This document shows, one piece after another, positions 51,678-64,000 of a stretch of DNA of 64,000 bases; the first letter of the stretch is position 1, and the number at the start of each line of letters is the position of its first letter. Both the position numbers and the translations under genes were made by a program. The stretch is from contig NW_024704742.1 of NCBI RefSeq assembly GCF_018977255.1, positions 33,110,001 to 33,174,000 of the forward strand. Reading direction: 5' to 3'. The DNA is from Callorhinchus milii. Taxonomy: Eukaryota. The notes under the pieces were generated by a model that made no database searches, was not told where the DNA came from, and was given only the letters and a program-made list of their open reading frames with translations.

Positions 51678-52452
51678 TTGCTCCTCAAAAAACCTTCCCT
51701 AAATCCCTCAAACCCTAGCCACTACCGCCCTATTTCAAACCTGCCCTTCCTAGCAAAAGTCCTAGAACGTGTTGTTGCAAATCAACTCCGTGCAACCTCT
51801 CCTCCCACTCGCCCTTCAAACACTCCTCCAGTCCAGTTTCCGCCCTGCCCAGAGTACAGCGCTTGTGAAAGTCTCAAATGACATCCTGTCTATCTGTGAC
51901 CAGGGCTCCCTCTGCCTTCTTGTCCTCCTGGACCTCTCCGCCACGTTTGACATAGTCGATCACGCCATCCTTCTCCATTGCCTTTCCTCCATCATCCACC
52001 TCAGCGGGACAGCACTCGCCTGGTTCGAGTCCTACCTCTCAAACCACCAGCAGTACATTTGTACAAACGGCTTCTCCTCCCGCTCTCACCCGGTTACCGA
52101 CGGAGTACCCCAAGGATCCATCCTTGGCCCCCTCCTCTTTCTGATCTATATGCTCCCTCTTGGGGATGTCATCCGCAGACATGGGGTACACTTCCACGTG
52201 TATGCGGACGATACTCAACTCTATTTTTCACCTCACTTTGCGACCCCCAGTCCTCTGATGTTCTGTCAGCCTGCTTGTCAGACATCAGGAGCTGGATGAG
52301 TGCGAATTTCCTTCAGCTGAATGTTGACAAGCCGGAAGCCATACTCTTTCATCAACGTCTAAAATCCCATGGTTCTCATCTCCTCCACCTACCCAACCTC
52401 ACCCTAAAACTTTCTGAATCCATACGCAACCTAGGCGTCAGGTTCGACCCCC
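51678..52452 (+). mobile_element. L2-clade LINE reverse transcriptase domain fragment (frameshifted)
   Basis: [72 protein letters not shown] and HVYADDTQLY cover the RT motifs including YADD. Confidence 0.95.
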
Positions 52453-52456
52453 ATTT

Positions 52457-52925
52457 AGAAAAAGTGGTAGAGGACAGGGGATGATGGGTTAAAGAGGTGT
52501 AACTTTAACAGCTCACCTTCCCCTCTACTATGACCATTAACACATCATCTTGGTTCCAGACACACCTTTTCTCTCTTCAGTCTGCCTATTTTGTTACAAC
52601 CTTTCACCCTTCTTTATTCTGCATTATTAACACCTCTATTCCCGTTTTGTTGCAATCCCCGCCTTTGTCTTGTACCATTAACACCTCTTTAAACCATCAT
52701 CCCCTGTTCTCTACCCCATTTTCTCCTTTGTCTTCCTTGCTCTGCCTCCCTCCTCTCTTTTAGCCCTTAAAAGCCTCTCCTTCCCCAGTTCTGACGAAGA
52801 GTCATGGACCCGAAAGGTTCTCTAACTTTCCTTTCTCCATAGATGCTTCCTGACCTGTTGAGTGTACCCAGTGACTTCTGTTTTTGTTTCAGATTTCCAG
52901 CATCTGCAGTATTTGGCATTTTATT
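52457..52925 (+). mobile_element. Penelope-like element terminal fragment with inverted 5' segment and hammerhead-ribozyme remnant
   Basis: CTGACGA-stem-GAAA core at 52791-52815, followed by gatgcttcctgacctgttgagt..ttctgtttttgtttcagatttccagcatctgcagtattt. 52457-52502 is an inverted copy of 52678-52724. Confidence 0.7.
52787..52827 (+). ncRNA. Minimal type I hammerhead ribozyme motif, probably decayed
   Basis: agtt-CTGACGA-agagtc-atg-gaccc-GAAA-ggttctct-aact. The CUGANGA and GAAA boxes, stem II (one mismatch) and a 4-bp stem I are present. The stem III/cleavage region is abnormal. Confidence 0.55.
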
Positions 52926-53960
52926 AAAACATTAATTGCTTTGCCACAAATAACTAATGAGGGTAAGACCATAAAAAACATTTAAGTGGGAATTGGATAA
53001 ACATTTGAAGAGAAACGGAGTAAAAGAGTAGGAGAAAGGAGTTGAGAATTGCAATTAAAGTGGTTAGTTTCAGTCGTGGAGCTGGCACCGGTAGAGGCCT
53101 GATCGGACAAATAGCTTCTTTCTCTGCTCTAATATATTTGATTTTCTGTATTGGAGGTGGCTGAAAAACTCCAGCAACAGGTGAGAATTCACCTTATTCT
53201 AGGTCCCATAATTGGACAAGTTTGTCAAATGAAAAAAAATCAGAATGGTGGTAATGCCTCCAAATTCGCCGACAAAGCGCTATTCAATATCATGTGAAGT
53301 GGTTTGAGACGTCCTCTTGGCATTCACTATAACAAATGTAAGGATTATTATTACTATAAATTATTCAAATAGTTTGACCAGAAGATTGATTAGCTACATT
53401 TAATCTGCTTTTACTTTGGCGTTTGGTCAAATGCCTCAGATTCAAATTTCAGAGTGTAAGCTACCACCAGTAAGCACGTACTTTGGCTGGACGAGCTGTC
53501 TGCATGACGTCCTTTGAGGACTTTTAATATAATGCCATAGAGGAAATAACTGAATGCAATTTGGATATGCCAATGCATCAGGACAAGGGGACACAGGTTC
53601 GGGACAATACAAGTGAAGGACAATTTCAGGAAATATGCTTTACATAGCAGGTTGACACCTGGAATTGGTTTTCAGAAATAATAGTAGAATCCAGGACATA
53701 GGACTAATTTAAGAAGCAGCCTGATTTTATAATGAAAGAATGGCAGGGTTTACATTTTGGAAGGATAAGAACAAATGGACCTAAGGGCTTTCTTTCATCT
53801 AAATCTCTATTGTAACATTGTGATTAAAAATCTAAATGTTCACTGTCTTCCCAAACTTGCAATTTCATTTGTGTCGTGTTGATAGGTGTAAAGAGGTGTT
53901 AAATTGTACCAATTTGTTGATATTTTAGGTGACTTGACTCTTTCCTACCAGTTATTTGCA

Positions 53961-54834
53961 CCTCAGGCGCTGACACCATCAGCATCCAAGGCTGCACTCT
54001 CCACCTCTCAAAGCCAGTCAGGAACCTCGGCGTTTTGTTCGACCCTGAGCTGTCCTTTCTCCCTCACATCCGCACCACAACTGGCACCGCCTTCCATCAC
54101 CTCCGGAATATCGCCAGATTACGGCACTACCTCACCCCTCACGCTGCTGAAACCCTGGTTCACGCCTTTGTCACCTCAAGGCTGGACTATGGGAACTCTC
54201 TCCTCGCCGGCCTTCCCGCCACCTCCCTCCACAAGCTGCAGGTCATTCAGAACTCTGCAGCTCGTGTACTGTCCCGCACCAGGCTTCGGGACCACATCAC
54301 TCCCACCCTCGCTCGCCTCCACTGGCTCCCCATCCCCCAGAGGATTGATTTCAAGATCCTCATCCTCACCTACAAGGCCATTCACGGCCTTGCTCCCTCC
54401 TACCTCTCCAACCTACTATCCCCCTACCTACCTGCCCGTACCCTCCGTTCCTCTGGCTCCGGTCTGCTCCACGTCCCCCATCCCAACCGCCCTACCATTG
54501 GTGGTCGGGCCTTCAGCCTCTCAGTTCCCAGGCTCTGGAACTCCATCCCCCAGTGCCTTCGCCTTGCTTCCTCCCTTTCCTCCTTCAAGGCCGGTCTCAA
54601 AACCTTTCTCTTTGACCGAGCCTTCAGCTCCCCTCTCGACTCTCTTCCTCCTCCTCGCTCCATCCCTTCCCTCCCCTCACCCTGACCATTTCCCCCTCCT
54701 CTCTCCCTCCCTTCCCTCCCCTCACCCTGACCATTTCCCCCCTGCTCGGGTCATGACCCAACTGTGCAGCGCCTTGGGACGTCCTCCTGACGTGAAAGGC
54801 GCTCTATAAATGGAATCTTGTTGTTGTTGTTGTT
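53961..54834 (+). mobile_element. Young 5'-truncated L2 LINE with intact ORF2 C-terminus and 10-bp target-site duplication
   Basis: Uninterrupted 216-aa frame 54035..54685 (FDPELSF..HAFVTSRLDYGNSLLAG..LHWLPIPQRIDFKIL..SFKAGLKTFLF). Many CpGs are retained, there is a (TTG)n tail, and GTTATTTGCA occurs at 53951-53960 and 54835-54844. Confidence 0.95.
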
Positions 54835-55162
54835 GTTATTTGCAACCTCTTCACTAGAACTCTTTCTGATCTTTGTCATGCCCTGAGGTTTTGGGCTTCT
54901 TGAACCCTTTCAAAGCTGTTCAGGTTTCCCACAGTGTTTCTATTGAAAACTTGTTTTTAGAAGCCTAGAAGTTCCTGTGTGCTTTGTGCCGAAATTCCTG
55001 CCGTTGACATTTTATTTACGGTTTAAAAAAGTCAAATGTGAAGCACTTCCAACTGACATACAGTATTTAATGTCATTTATTGCTCCCCAATTGGGAGTTG
55101 TTGGAAGAAATAAGCATGTTTGAATGCTGAGCTCTTGTTAAAGCAATAAATGAACACTTTGT

Positions 55163-55487
55163 GGAGTCCTGTAGCTCAGTGGTTAGAGCACTCGCTTTGC
55201 AAGCGAGAGACCTGAGTTCAATTCCAGGCAGGGCGAAACCTTGGGCAAGTTTCCTTACTCCACACGCCTAATAATAATCCCTCCAAAACAAGACAATAAT
55301 AAATTGGTCATTTTCAATCTACGACTGTTTGTGGGACATTGCTGTGCGCAATTGGCTGCCGCGTTCGCCCACAAATATACAGTCAATTCACTTTACAGTG
55401 TGTTCTGTGAAGCGCTTTGGGATGTCCTCCCGACGTGAAAAGCGCTATATCAAATGCAAGGATTATTATTATTATTATTATTATTAT
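55163..55487 (+). mobile_element. Young full-length tRNA(Ala)-derived SINE (short subfamily)
   Basis: D-arm gctc/gagc, anticodon arm ctcgc-tttgcaa-gcgag (TGC), B-box gttcaattcc, body, L2-type stem-loop and a long (TTA)n tail. Confidence 0.93.
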
Positions 55488-56324
55488 AAGTGAAAGAAGC
55501 TGTTGGTACATACATCAAGCTGTTAATTCTGTTGTGCACCATGCAGCATTCTCCACCGCAGCCTTCTAAAACCATGAACTTTTCTGGAAATAGATACAAT
55601 TGTCAGCAAGCAGAACTGTCCAGTTTTGGGAAAACAGATTAAAACCCCAGCTCTCTTTTGAAGTGATGCGTTTGCCAAGCTTCACGACCTGCCACACACT
55701 AAATAAAAATCATACCTTATGCACACAATATCAGAGATCCTTGTTACTCCACAAAGGTGTTCATGTTGTTAACAAAGACCAGGACAAATAAAGCTTTCCA
55801 CTGCTGTTTGCTTTACGTTCTAGCTGGTCAGGTGCTTCAGTGTGTCTTTCCCATGCAGAATGTTGATATGATCTAATAGCCTGCTGTCCACCAGTGCATA
55901 TGAATACGTTAATTTCAGATGCACTTTGGTAGGTGTCATTAGCTGAATCTTTTCATTGATCTTTTGAAAGTCTTTCAATTGCTTCAAAATTCACAGATAA
56001 AATATTTGCCTCCATTGTTGTACACCTGCTCAAAAATGGACAACATTGTTATCCACAGCTTTTATGCAAGTTGTGGCACAGCAATGGGAAAAGGTGAAGT
56101 AGCTTGTACAGGAACAGGAGGAAGATATTCTGCTCATTGAGTCTTCCATCAATTTAGTAACAATAATAATCCTTTGGATCAAGTCGTGTGATATTAAAGC
56201 ACCTCTGCTGCCTTCTGCTCCCATAATTTTAGTATTGGGAAAATTAAAGTCTCACACACACGAAGCTTGAATCAAACGTTTGGCACAATGCACTGTTCGG
56301 AAAACTAGAATCCTGCTGTTCTTG

Positions 56325-56560
56325 AATGTATAGCATCTTTTCATGCTGGGAGGATGTCCCAAAGCAGTTTACAATATACATTGTAAAATGCAGTGACTGT
56401 GCTTTGCAGATGAACATGGCAATACTCCACGAGCAGCCATAAAGTCAATGACCAGTTTTACTTAGGGAATTGATGACCAGGACACTGGGAGAAACTCCCT
56501 TCTCTTTTCGAATAGTGCTGTGGCATCTTTAACTTGAGGTCTTGGTTTAACATCTCAACT
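56325..56560 (-). mobile_element. Old Deu-domain SINE fragment, antisense
   Basis: tatagcatctttcatgctgggaggatgtcccaaagc..ccaggacactgggagaaactccc..cgaatagtgctgtggcatctttaac..ggtttaacatctca. Confidence 0.7.
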
Positions 56561-57235
56561 GAAGTACAAGATCATGGCAGATCTTTTATGGTTAGTTCAA
56601 GACTGTGCTTATCATGTTTAATGAACTGAGAGGCATTAAATGGATGCTGATATTTATGAAAGCAAATTTACTCAACTGGGAATTTTTCAATGGTTAATTC
56701 ATTTTTTTTCATTCTTGAACTGGATGGAGAAAGAGTATAGAGTGATTCCCGGTTTACATTCGAGAACAGTAGGACTCTAGTTTTCCATACCATTCCCATT
56801 GTGCCAAACATATGATCCAAGCTTCATATATATGTGAGATTTTAGGTTTCCCAATACTGAAATTACAGGAGCAGAAGGCAGGAGACGTGCTTTGATATCA
56901 CGCGACTTGATCCTGATGTCTCCGTTTTTTCCATGGTCCCTCTTACCGTTATTAGGCAGCGATGATTGAGAAAACCTCTTTGAAAGGAATCGTGCATGTT
57001 TGAAGTGTGATTCAGCTTCGTGCCACTTGTACATCTGAAAATTATCATTGTATCTTTTCACTCCATTGCCAATCATCTTCTAGCAATTACTTGATGCAGA
57101 GGCTGTCTATATCTGACATCAGTAATGGTCTTTGGGAGTTTGGTGGCTAGAATTTCGGCTGCTTTTCATTAAGTATTACCAACAGAAGCAGGTCTATCTC
57201 TCCAATTAAACCTGTGATGAAAAACTAGTCACATG

Positions 57236-57715
57236 GCTATTTGGCAATTCGATTTGCTAGAAGTAAATCCTTCAGCTTTACATGGCCTACTTTGATACTT
57301 TTACAGAAAGAGACTTAAGTAATGTCTCAGTGCAGTTATATCTGTTAGGTCACATTCCCTGTTGATTTGGAAGACAATGTCAAGATCATCTGAGCCTCAA
57401 TCAATCTTATGCTGTTTAAATTGTACGACTGCCTAACTTACAGGTCTGGAGTCACTTCCCTGTCAATTGACTTCAGATTAGTGAGTAAAGTGGTTAAAAT
57501 GAAATTGATGTCGCCTCTTTTCATGGAGTACTACTCAAATGGGATGTGCATGGATAAGTGCAAGGGCAGAGTTGTGACATCAGTTATTATCTTGATAACC
57601 AGTTGGGTTTGAATTAACAACAACAGCTTGTATTTATAGCGCCCTTCACGCACGGTAGCGTCCTGGAGCGCTTTAGGGTTGGAAATGACTTCTCTACCAG
57701 ATCTGCAAGAGCCTG
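57236..57715 (+). repeat. Copy 1 of a diverged ~410-nt direct repeat (carries an extra ~60-nt antisense L2 tail at ~57615-57675)
   Basis: Collinear with 60809-61220, e.g. taaatccttca.cttt.catggcctactttgatact and atgctgtttaaattg..cctaacttacagg.ctgg.gtcactt.cctgtcaa. Confidence 0.85.
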
Positions 57716-58536
57716 ATACATAGCTGACTAAAAAAAATCTTTTAAAATAATTTTCATTCTATAAATGATATTTATATGTCTCATTGGGCCAGAAAGTCAT
57801 AATGTTACTGTTCAATGTCATTAGCATTACATTTTCACCTGCAATAGTTTCCCATCTACTGGTTAGGTTTGGGAGACTAGGCGACTCCATTGTCCCCTAC
57901 AAACATTTGTTTGCTCCTTAGTTTGGCTTCACAAATAGTTTGTAATGGAAGCGAATAATGAATCTTTATTTTGCTGCAAGTGCATGTATTATCAAGACAC
58001 AGCCATACATTCCATAAAATGCATGTTTGAAGATAAGCCACCTTATTTAATATAATTTTTTTGTGTAAATCATGTTGATTTACAAGTGAATGAAGAATAT
58101 CTATTCCACCATCACAAAACTCAAATCTCCTGTGTTGTTTATAATACAATGGTACACTGCAGCTATTGCATCCATTTATATCCAGAACATGTAGCAGATA
58201 AGGTGGCAATTCACATCTCTTTCTAATTACCTCAGGAACACTAGCACCTTTTGATATGCATCAGTGAAAATATATTTTTGAACTGCTTGCTGTCTGCAAA
58301 ATGTAGCTGCTGTAATTTTACTTTTTTTAAAAAAAAGGTACACTTTCCTAAAGACGTAACATGCTTAGAGCTCCGGACATGTTAGATACTTCACTGGAAC
58401 TTCACTGTGTCGCATCATCAAGAAATCTCATATCAATTTCTTGCATGTGTTGGGAAAGAATCCAGTTGAAACACTTGTGAAATACACAAAATATCTTGTA
58501 TTTCTATGTTCTGTTTTGTTTAAGGAGAGATTTTAA

Positions 58537-58632
<96 letters not shown>

Positions 58633-59289
58633 TAAGCCTCTGATCATGATTTATTTCCGGGTTTTGTGGTGACCACGTCATGCATTTTGTCAATGATTTT
58701 GACTTTTTTTCAGTTGACGTAAACGGTTTGAAGTAGCCTGAGATGAGATTAGACACAGGAGGAGAAGCTGCACTAATGTTTCTGAATCTTCTTTAATGGT
58801 AGCAAAATCTCCTGCTATAGTACAAGACAGTTTTCTCATTCAAAAATTCCCAAGAATTACTGTACGAACTTAATGTGGAAACAGTTAACTTTCATTTCCT
58901 TAAAGAAACCAAAATTGAGGTAATTTTAAACAAAACAATTTGTCCACTTTACACTTAGAAGTTTTTTTAAAAAAGTGCAGAGCAAAGGAAGTGACTTTTA
59001 GAAGCTAATGATTTAATATGCAGTTAATGTTAACATGTATTTAGCCATTTTAACAGAAGACTTTTAATCAATTAAATTTTGCAAATGTCTGTAGAAGTAT
59101 ATAACATATACATAGTAGTGAAATGACTAACAATAAAGTGGACAAATTTACGTTTTCGGGAATTAAATACTAGCAAAAGACAGACTTTTTTTTCCAAAAT
59201 CTTGATCAAAAAAATTCTGATATAAATCTGAAATGTATAATTAGTTTTCAAAACTACCCAAACAAATTTTACAGTTTAATTACATTTAA

Positions 59290-59660
59290 TGAGAGGCTAG
59301 ATAGTGTGTGGTTATATTCCTTAGAGCAAAGAAGGTTGAAGGGTGATTTACTTGAGGTATTTAAAATAATGAAAGGAAGATTCGGGTTAAATAGTGCACG
59401 ACTCTTTACAAGGGGGCATCATCTTAACATAGTATCATAAGTGGTAAGAACTGGGGTCATGAAGCATTTCCTCAGGTTATGAAGATGTGGAATCAATATG
59501 GATGTGTAAAAGAGAAATAAACAGATATAGGTCATAGAGGTATTCAGGAGTATTGCAAAAGGGCAAAAGGGCAAGCCATTCGGATGAAAACAAACTGCCA
59601 AAATCTGATATACTGATAAAACCATCTCATAGACTAAATGTCCTGTTCTTGTTTCCTGTA
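59290..59660 (+). mobile_element. Degraded CR1 3' portion
   Basis: ttagagcaaagaaggttgaagggtgatttacttgaggtatttaaaataatgaaagga encodes LEQRRLKGDLLEVFKIMKG. Confidence 0.75.
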
Positions 59661-60808
59661 GCTTTTGTGGGTAAAATATTTTTGCCTTTCAGTTCAATTA
59701 ATTGGATGGATTAATATCTAATCAAGCTCAGGCTCCGCCATTGTTAACCGCTCTGGAACGCTACCCGGTGTGAACAGCGCTATATCAATGCAAGTTGTTG
59801 TTAATTAGTATCAACAACACTGGCATTTTCAAAGAAATTTAATGCTCAGCATTAAAAAAATGTAAAGTGTTATTGTCAAATTTACTGTTAAACAAATTTA
59901 TTAGCACGTCCGAAATAACTATGATCGAAGAAGACTTTTTGACCCTCAAAGATAATGCAGCAGTTGAACGTGAAACAATATTTTTAGAAAGACAACTTCA
60001 GAAGCAATATTTCAAATTGAATTACATTTGTGTCTTGAAAGGATTTTGATGCTTTATTCCTTATTCACTTGTAAATGTAATTTGAAATGTTGATGAACTA
60101 TAAATATTTTGCAAATTAAAACCACCTAATTAAGGATTGTCTTTTTCAGAACTGAATTTTCATTTTCCACTGCTTGTGATTCTATTTCTAAATATCTAAC
60201 TCTGGGTTTTGATTATCTTGTTTATATCCAGTTACTTACTTCCCTGCAGTTGCTATTTAAAATGAGCTACCGTAAAGCTTCCTCCATGTACAAATAAGGA
60301 AGCTACCTTTCAAATTGGAGCCATTCACTAGAACACTGTCCCTTTAAAAGTGTAGTTTCTGAAGACATCATATTAGTCACATATTAGTTACTTTCTCTCC
60401 CCCATCACTAAGTGAATATATAGACTTAGCTCTGAAAGTACAGCTCCATTCTTGGCATTAGTGATAGCTGTCAATGTGCCATGAAAAGGTTAATACCCCC
60501 ATCAGACCTTTTATGTTGTGGTATTTTGTGTTCTCTTTGTCGTCTTTTTGTTGAATTTCAAATATCTAAAGTGGTTTTAGCACAATTTGCCATATAAGTC
60601 GCAATGGTTTTCAGGCTTTGATCATGTTTTCTTGTTCTAAAGTTACCATTTGAGGCTTGGCTTGCTTTTGGTTGTCTTTGGTCAGTGCCACTATCTGTTT
60701 TCAAGATCTCTACAACATCCATAGATTATTCATCAAGCTCCACAAAATATGTTCATCATCTTCCAACCACAATGTTCATCTTTTGCCACTGGAGCAGTGA
60801 TTATATCG

Positions 60809-61220
60809 CTATTTGACATTTAACTTTCCTGGAAATAAATCCTTCAACTTTGCATGGCCTACTTTGATACTCTTATAGAAAGAAATCTTAAGTTAACAGC
60901 TCAGTCAGTACAACTGTACTGGTCAAGTTGTTCCTCTGACTCAGAAGAAGATGTCAAGATCATCTATAGCTCATGCTGTTTAAATTGCATTACTACCTAA
61001 CTTACAGGCCTGGTGTCACTTACCTGTCAACTCACGTCAGCTCAATCAGTGATGTGGTTAAAGTTGAAATGAATATAATCTCTACTTTCAGAGCACTGCT
61101 CAGGCAAGCCTGGATGAGTGTACAGGCAGAGTTGCAACATAAGTCATTGTATTGGTAACCAGTTTGGTTTGAAACAAGAGTTGGAAATGAATTCTCTATC
61201 GGACATGTAAATCAGCCTAA
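60809..61220 (+). repeat. Copy 2 of the diverged ~410-nt direct repeat
   Basis: See 57236-57715. The track ORFs 57409 (MLFKLYDCLTYRSGVTSLS) and 60973 (MLFKLHYYLTYRPGVTYLS) reflect the same homology. Confidence 0.85.
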
Positions 61221-63567
61221 GCCGCTGATGGTTCCCAGTGATGACACAACTTGTGCAAGTCCAGATGCAAGCCTTCAACTTTGGATTTATAGCTTATACT
61301 TGAAATCTATCTTATCTATGAATAAGTGCTGTAGAATCAAAGGAACATTTAAGTGTAGAGGGACCATTTGTTCCTTATCTGACAAAATATTCTTAAGTGT
61401 AAGACTAGGGTTAAATAAATATTCAGGGTCATACTTCTATATCAAGATCAATCATTCCATTTTAAGGAAGAACATTTTTGAGCTCCAGAGGTCAATCTAC
61501 TTAAAAAGTACCAAAAATTGCTTTAAATATATAAGTTACAGCTTGCATCTGCAGATGAAGATACTATTCTGTGGAATTCAGGTTAGAAGCTTACATTATG
61601 AAGAGCGAGAAGTAAAGATTCTAGCAAGAAAGTCTATTTAATTTGCAAACTCTGTAATACCATTAGATGTTTAATGTTGTGCAGTTCCCAGTCAGCTGTC
61701 CAAACAGTTAAAACCTGTGTTTGTTCGGATTCCCACTTGGTACAAACTGGTGCTATCCAAAAATTAAGCCAAATACACTTCACATTTCATATGTTTCTTC
61801 AAAACACATTGCTTGGTTTGAGTGTAACTATCTGGAGAAGCTAATATAGTGACTTGCATTGCTAATAATGACTGAGTCATATATACCTAATTTGAGTTTG
61901 CCAACTGCTCTTTGGACCAGACTTCTCTTGAGAATGTAGGCACACTATGGAAGCAAAGCTGTGCTTGACTTGCAAGCATTTTTGTACTGTGTAACATTTC
62001 CCATTCATCTCTTTGTGTCATCTGCCATGTGACAAAAGAATCACAATTTCACTGAACGCATCAGGGTGCATTTGTACATCAGGGTTTTAATAACTTACAA
62101 TTGAATAATTGTCCATCAAATAGCCCTGCAGCTAATTACTTTTCCTGAAGTTCTCCATTTGAGAATAGAATAATTAAAACTATGTTTATTGAGGTTGTGT
62201 ATTCGCACAACTTCAAGATCAGAACCGTTTTATGAATGTTTTTCCCCTCAATGGGTAAAGTAAAACATATTAATATATTACTACTATGGTTACAATAAAT
62301 TGATTGCTTAAAATGGACTGGGAAGAGGATACTTACAGAATTAGCGAGAACTAGAAGGAATAGAGTTAAACCAGAAAAGATGAATGAAATGAAAAGATGC
62401 TTCTGAATGGAGGTGGGAATAGATGGTGTCCTTCCACAAGATTATTCACAAATGCCAATTACAGTTTCACTCAGCTCACCATTCCTTTGGTAACATCACA
62501 ACTGAGCATTTTATTTCCTCATTCATTCAACCGCCACATAAAAATTGGACATTGCTGTTTTACATTTAGTAACAGAAGATCATTCAAAGACCATTACTTT
62601 AAAAACTAGGTGTCATTTCTAGAAAATGAAGGGTATGAACTGTACCGAGGAAGTGGATTACACCTAGTTTTTTTGGTTGATATTTGCTCTCAGTTCCACC
62701 ATTTTCAAGGAATGTGTAGGTTCTCAGTTCCATGTATATCTCTATGTCAGATTTCTTCATACAGAGAAACACATTATGTAGTATGATGAAGAAAAAGGCT
62801 ATCTCAAGGTATAGTCATCACAGTAACTCCAACCACAGACAGGGTGGACTTGCATAGCAGCAGGACGTTGATCTTCAACACAGGTGGTGGTGGAGGAAGC
62901 CAGAGGATCATGTTATTGCCTGAATCATTTTCATAGTAGCTATGACCAATTTGCCTGAGGACGTGATGCTTATGCTGCTGTATTTATTAGGAGAAAGATG
63001 AGTATATATTCTTGTGGCTCACAAAGGCACAGGGTACTGAACTTGGGCATTTGTGTTCCGGACATTTTCACAACTGCATAGATATAATGCTCTCATTACT
63101 GCTCTGTCTGAGCATTCAAAAACCGTAGGTGTTTCAGTGCTTTGAAGCGTCAGGGTGACCTCTACATGATCTTATGATCGGCACCCCTAGTTTCTGCAAT
63201 ACATTGATCCTCTCAATGGAAAATTGAACCTATTGAACCTAGAAGGACAAAATGTTAACACGTGGATCTGTCTACATGTTCTCAGAAACTCAATCTACCT
63301 GCATGAAGCTCTTATCCAACCCACCATTTACTTTACTTTGGCTGGTGCATGCTTCCATTGGTTCTTTATCTGATGTGACTTTGTTTCTATTGGAGTTGGG
63401 ATGTGGATGCTGCCTCATCCAGTCGAAATTAAGGGTTCAGTTCACAGCAGGATCTTATGTAAAATTCAGTGGGGCCATGTAATGGAATTCTTAAAGAGAC
63501 AACGTCTTGAGGTGTTTTCTTTTCTTCTGACGCGCACACTCCCTCCTACTCCTCCCCCCCCCCCCCC

Positions 63568-63946
63568 CCCCATCCCATTGCTGATGGCAATTTTGTTTGT
63601 TTGTATTTTGAGATTCTTTAATTACTGGATTAATTGCTCGAACATAATTTTGGGTGTCAATTGCTGTTTTGCTGGCTCAAAGAGTGACAGCTACTAAAAG
63701 CTAAAATTATTGTAAGTCAAGTACATTATAGTATTTTTATGATGGGAGGGACACACACCCCATCCCATTGCTGGTGGCAATTTTGTTTGTTTGTATTTTG
63801 AGATTGAGATTCTTTAATGACTGGATTAATTGCTCAAACATAATTTTGGGTGTCAATTCCTGTTTTGCTGGCTCAAAGAGAGACAGCTACTAAAAGCTAC
63901 AATTATTGTAAAAGTACATTATAGTATTTTTATGATGGGAGGGACA
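63568..63946 (+). repeat. Recent tandem duplication, 2 x ~190 nt, starting at a poly-C run
   Basis: catcccattgctg starts at 63571 and again at 63761. The units differ by a few substitutions and two small indels. Confidence 0.92.
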
Positions 63947-64000
63947 ACATTGTAGCTATTCAACCAAATATATTATATCTTTGTAGTTGATCATTGTTTA

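Noticed and set aside
53904..54809. 301-aa Ser/Pro/Thr-rich ORF
   Set aside because: It is an alternative frame of the C-rich L2 fragment. The real frame is 54035..54685.
51678..54834. One L2 element split by a 1.5-kb insertion
   Set aside because: The two pieces overlap on the protein (both encode RNLGVxFDP) with different sequences, and the second has its own TSD.
55163..55236. tRNA-Ala(TGC) gene (also at 4032 and 40330)
   Set aside because: The T-arm and acceptor stem are imperfect, there is no oligo-T terminator, and each copy continues into the same body and (TTA)n tail, so these are SINE heads.
56735..56950. Possible hAT-like DNA transposon relic (tagagtga..ggtccctctta, CpG-containing)
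   Set aside because: The terminal complementarity is too weak and no TSD is visible.

Overview
Eukaryotic, AT-rich, mostly intronic vertebrate DNA. The repeat content suggests a cartilaginous fish, probably a holocephalan/chimaera; this is inference, not a database result. The only host gene I can support is a + strand Ca2+/calmodulin-dependent protein kinase II gene. It contributes three short GT-AG exons of 60, 55 and 66 nt (9437-9496, 37982-38036, 58566-58631). These splice in frame to (D)[59 protein letters not shown](S), covering the kinase N-lobe and hinge. The paralog is non-alpha and delta is the best guess. The two complete introns (28,485 and 20,529 nt) are filled with retroelements: L2 and CR1 LINE fragments, a young tRNA(Ala)-headed SINE that shares the L2 3' stem-loop, older Deu-domain SINEs and a Penelope-like terminus with a decayed hammerhead ribozyme core. 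A 111-bp Tc1/mariner-type MITE and several local duplications are also present. The least explained signal is an unclassified ~490-nt non-coding, hairpin-dense, A-tailed repeat found 8 times. It has variable 5' ends and no recognisable Pol III head or ORF. Almost all ORFs in the supplied track are spurious or transposon-derived. Boundaries of old repeats are approximate because they were aligned by eye.
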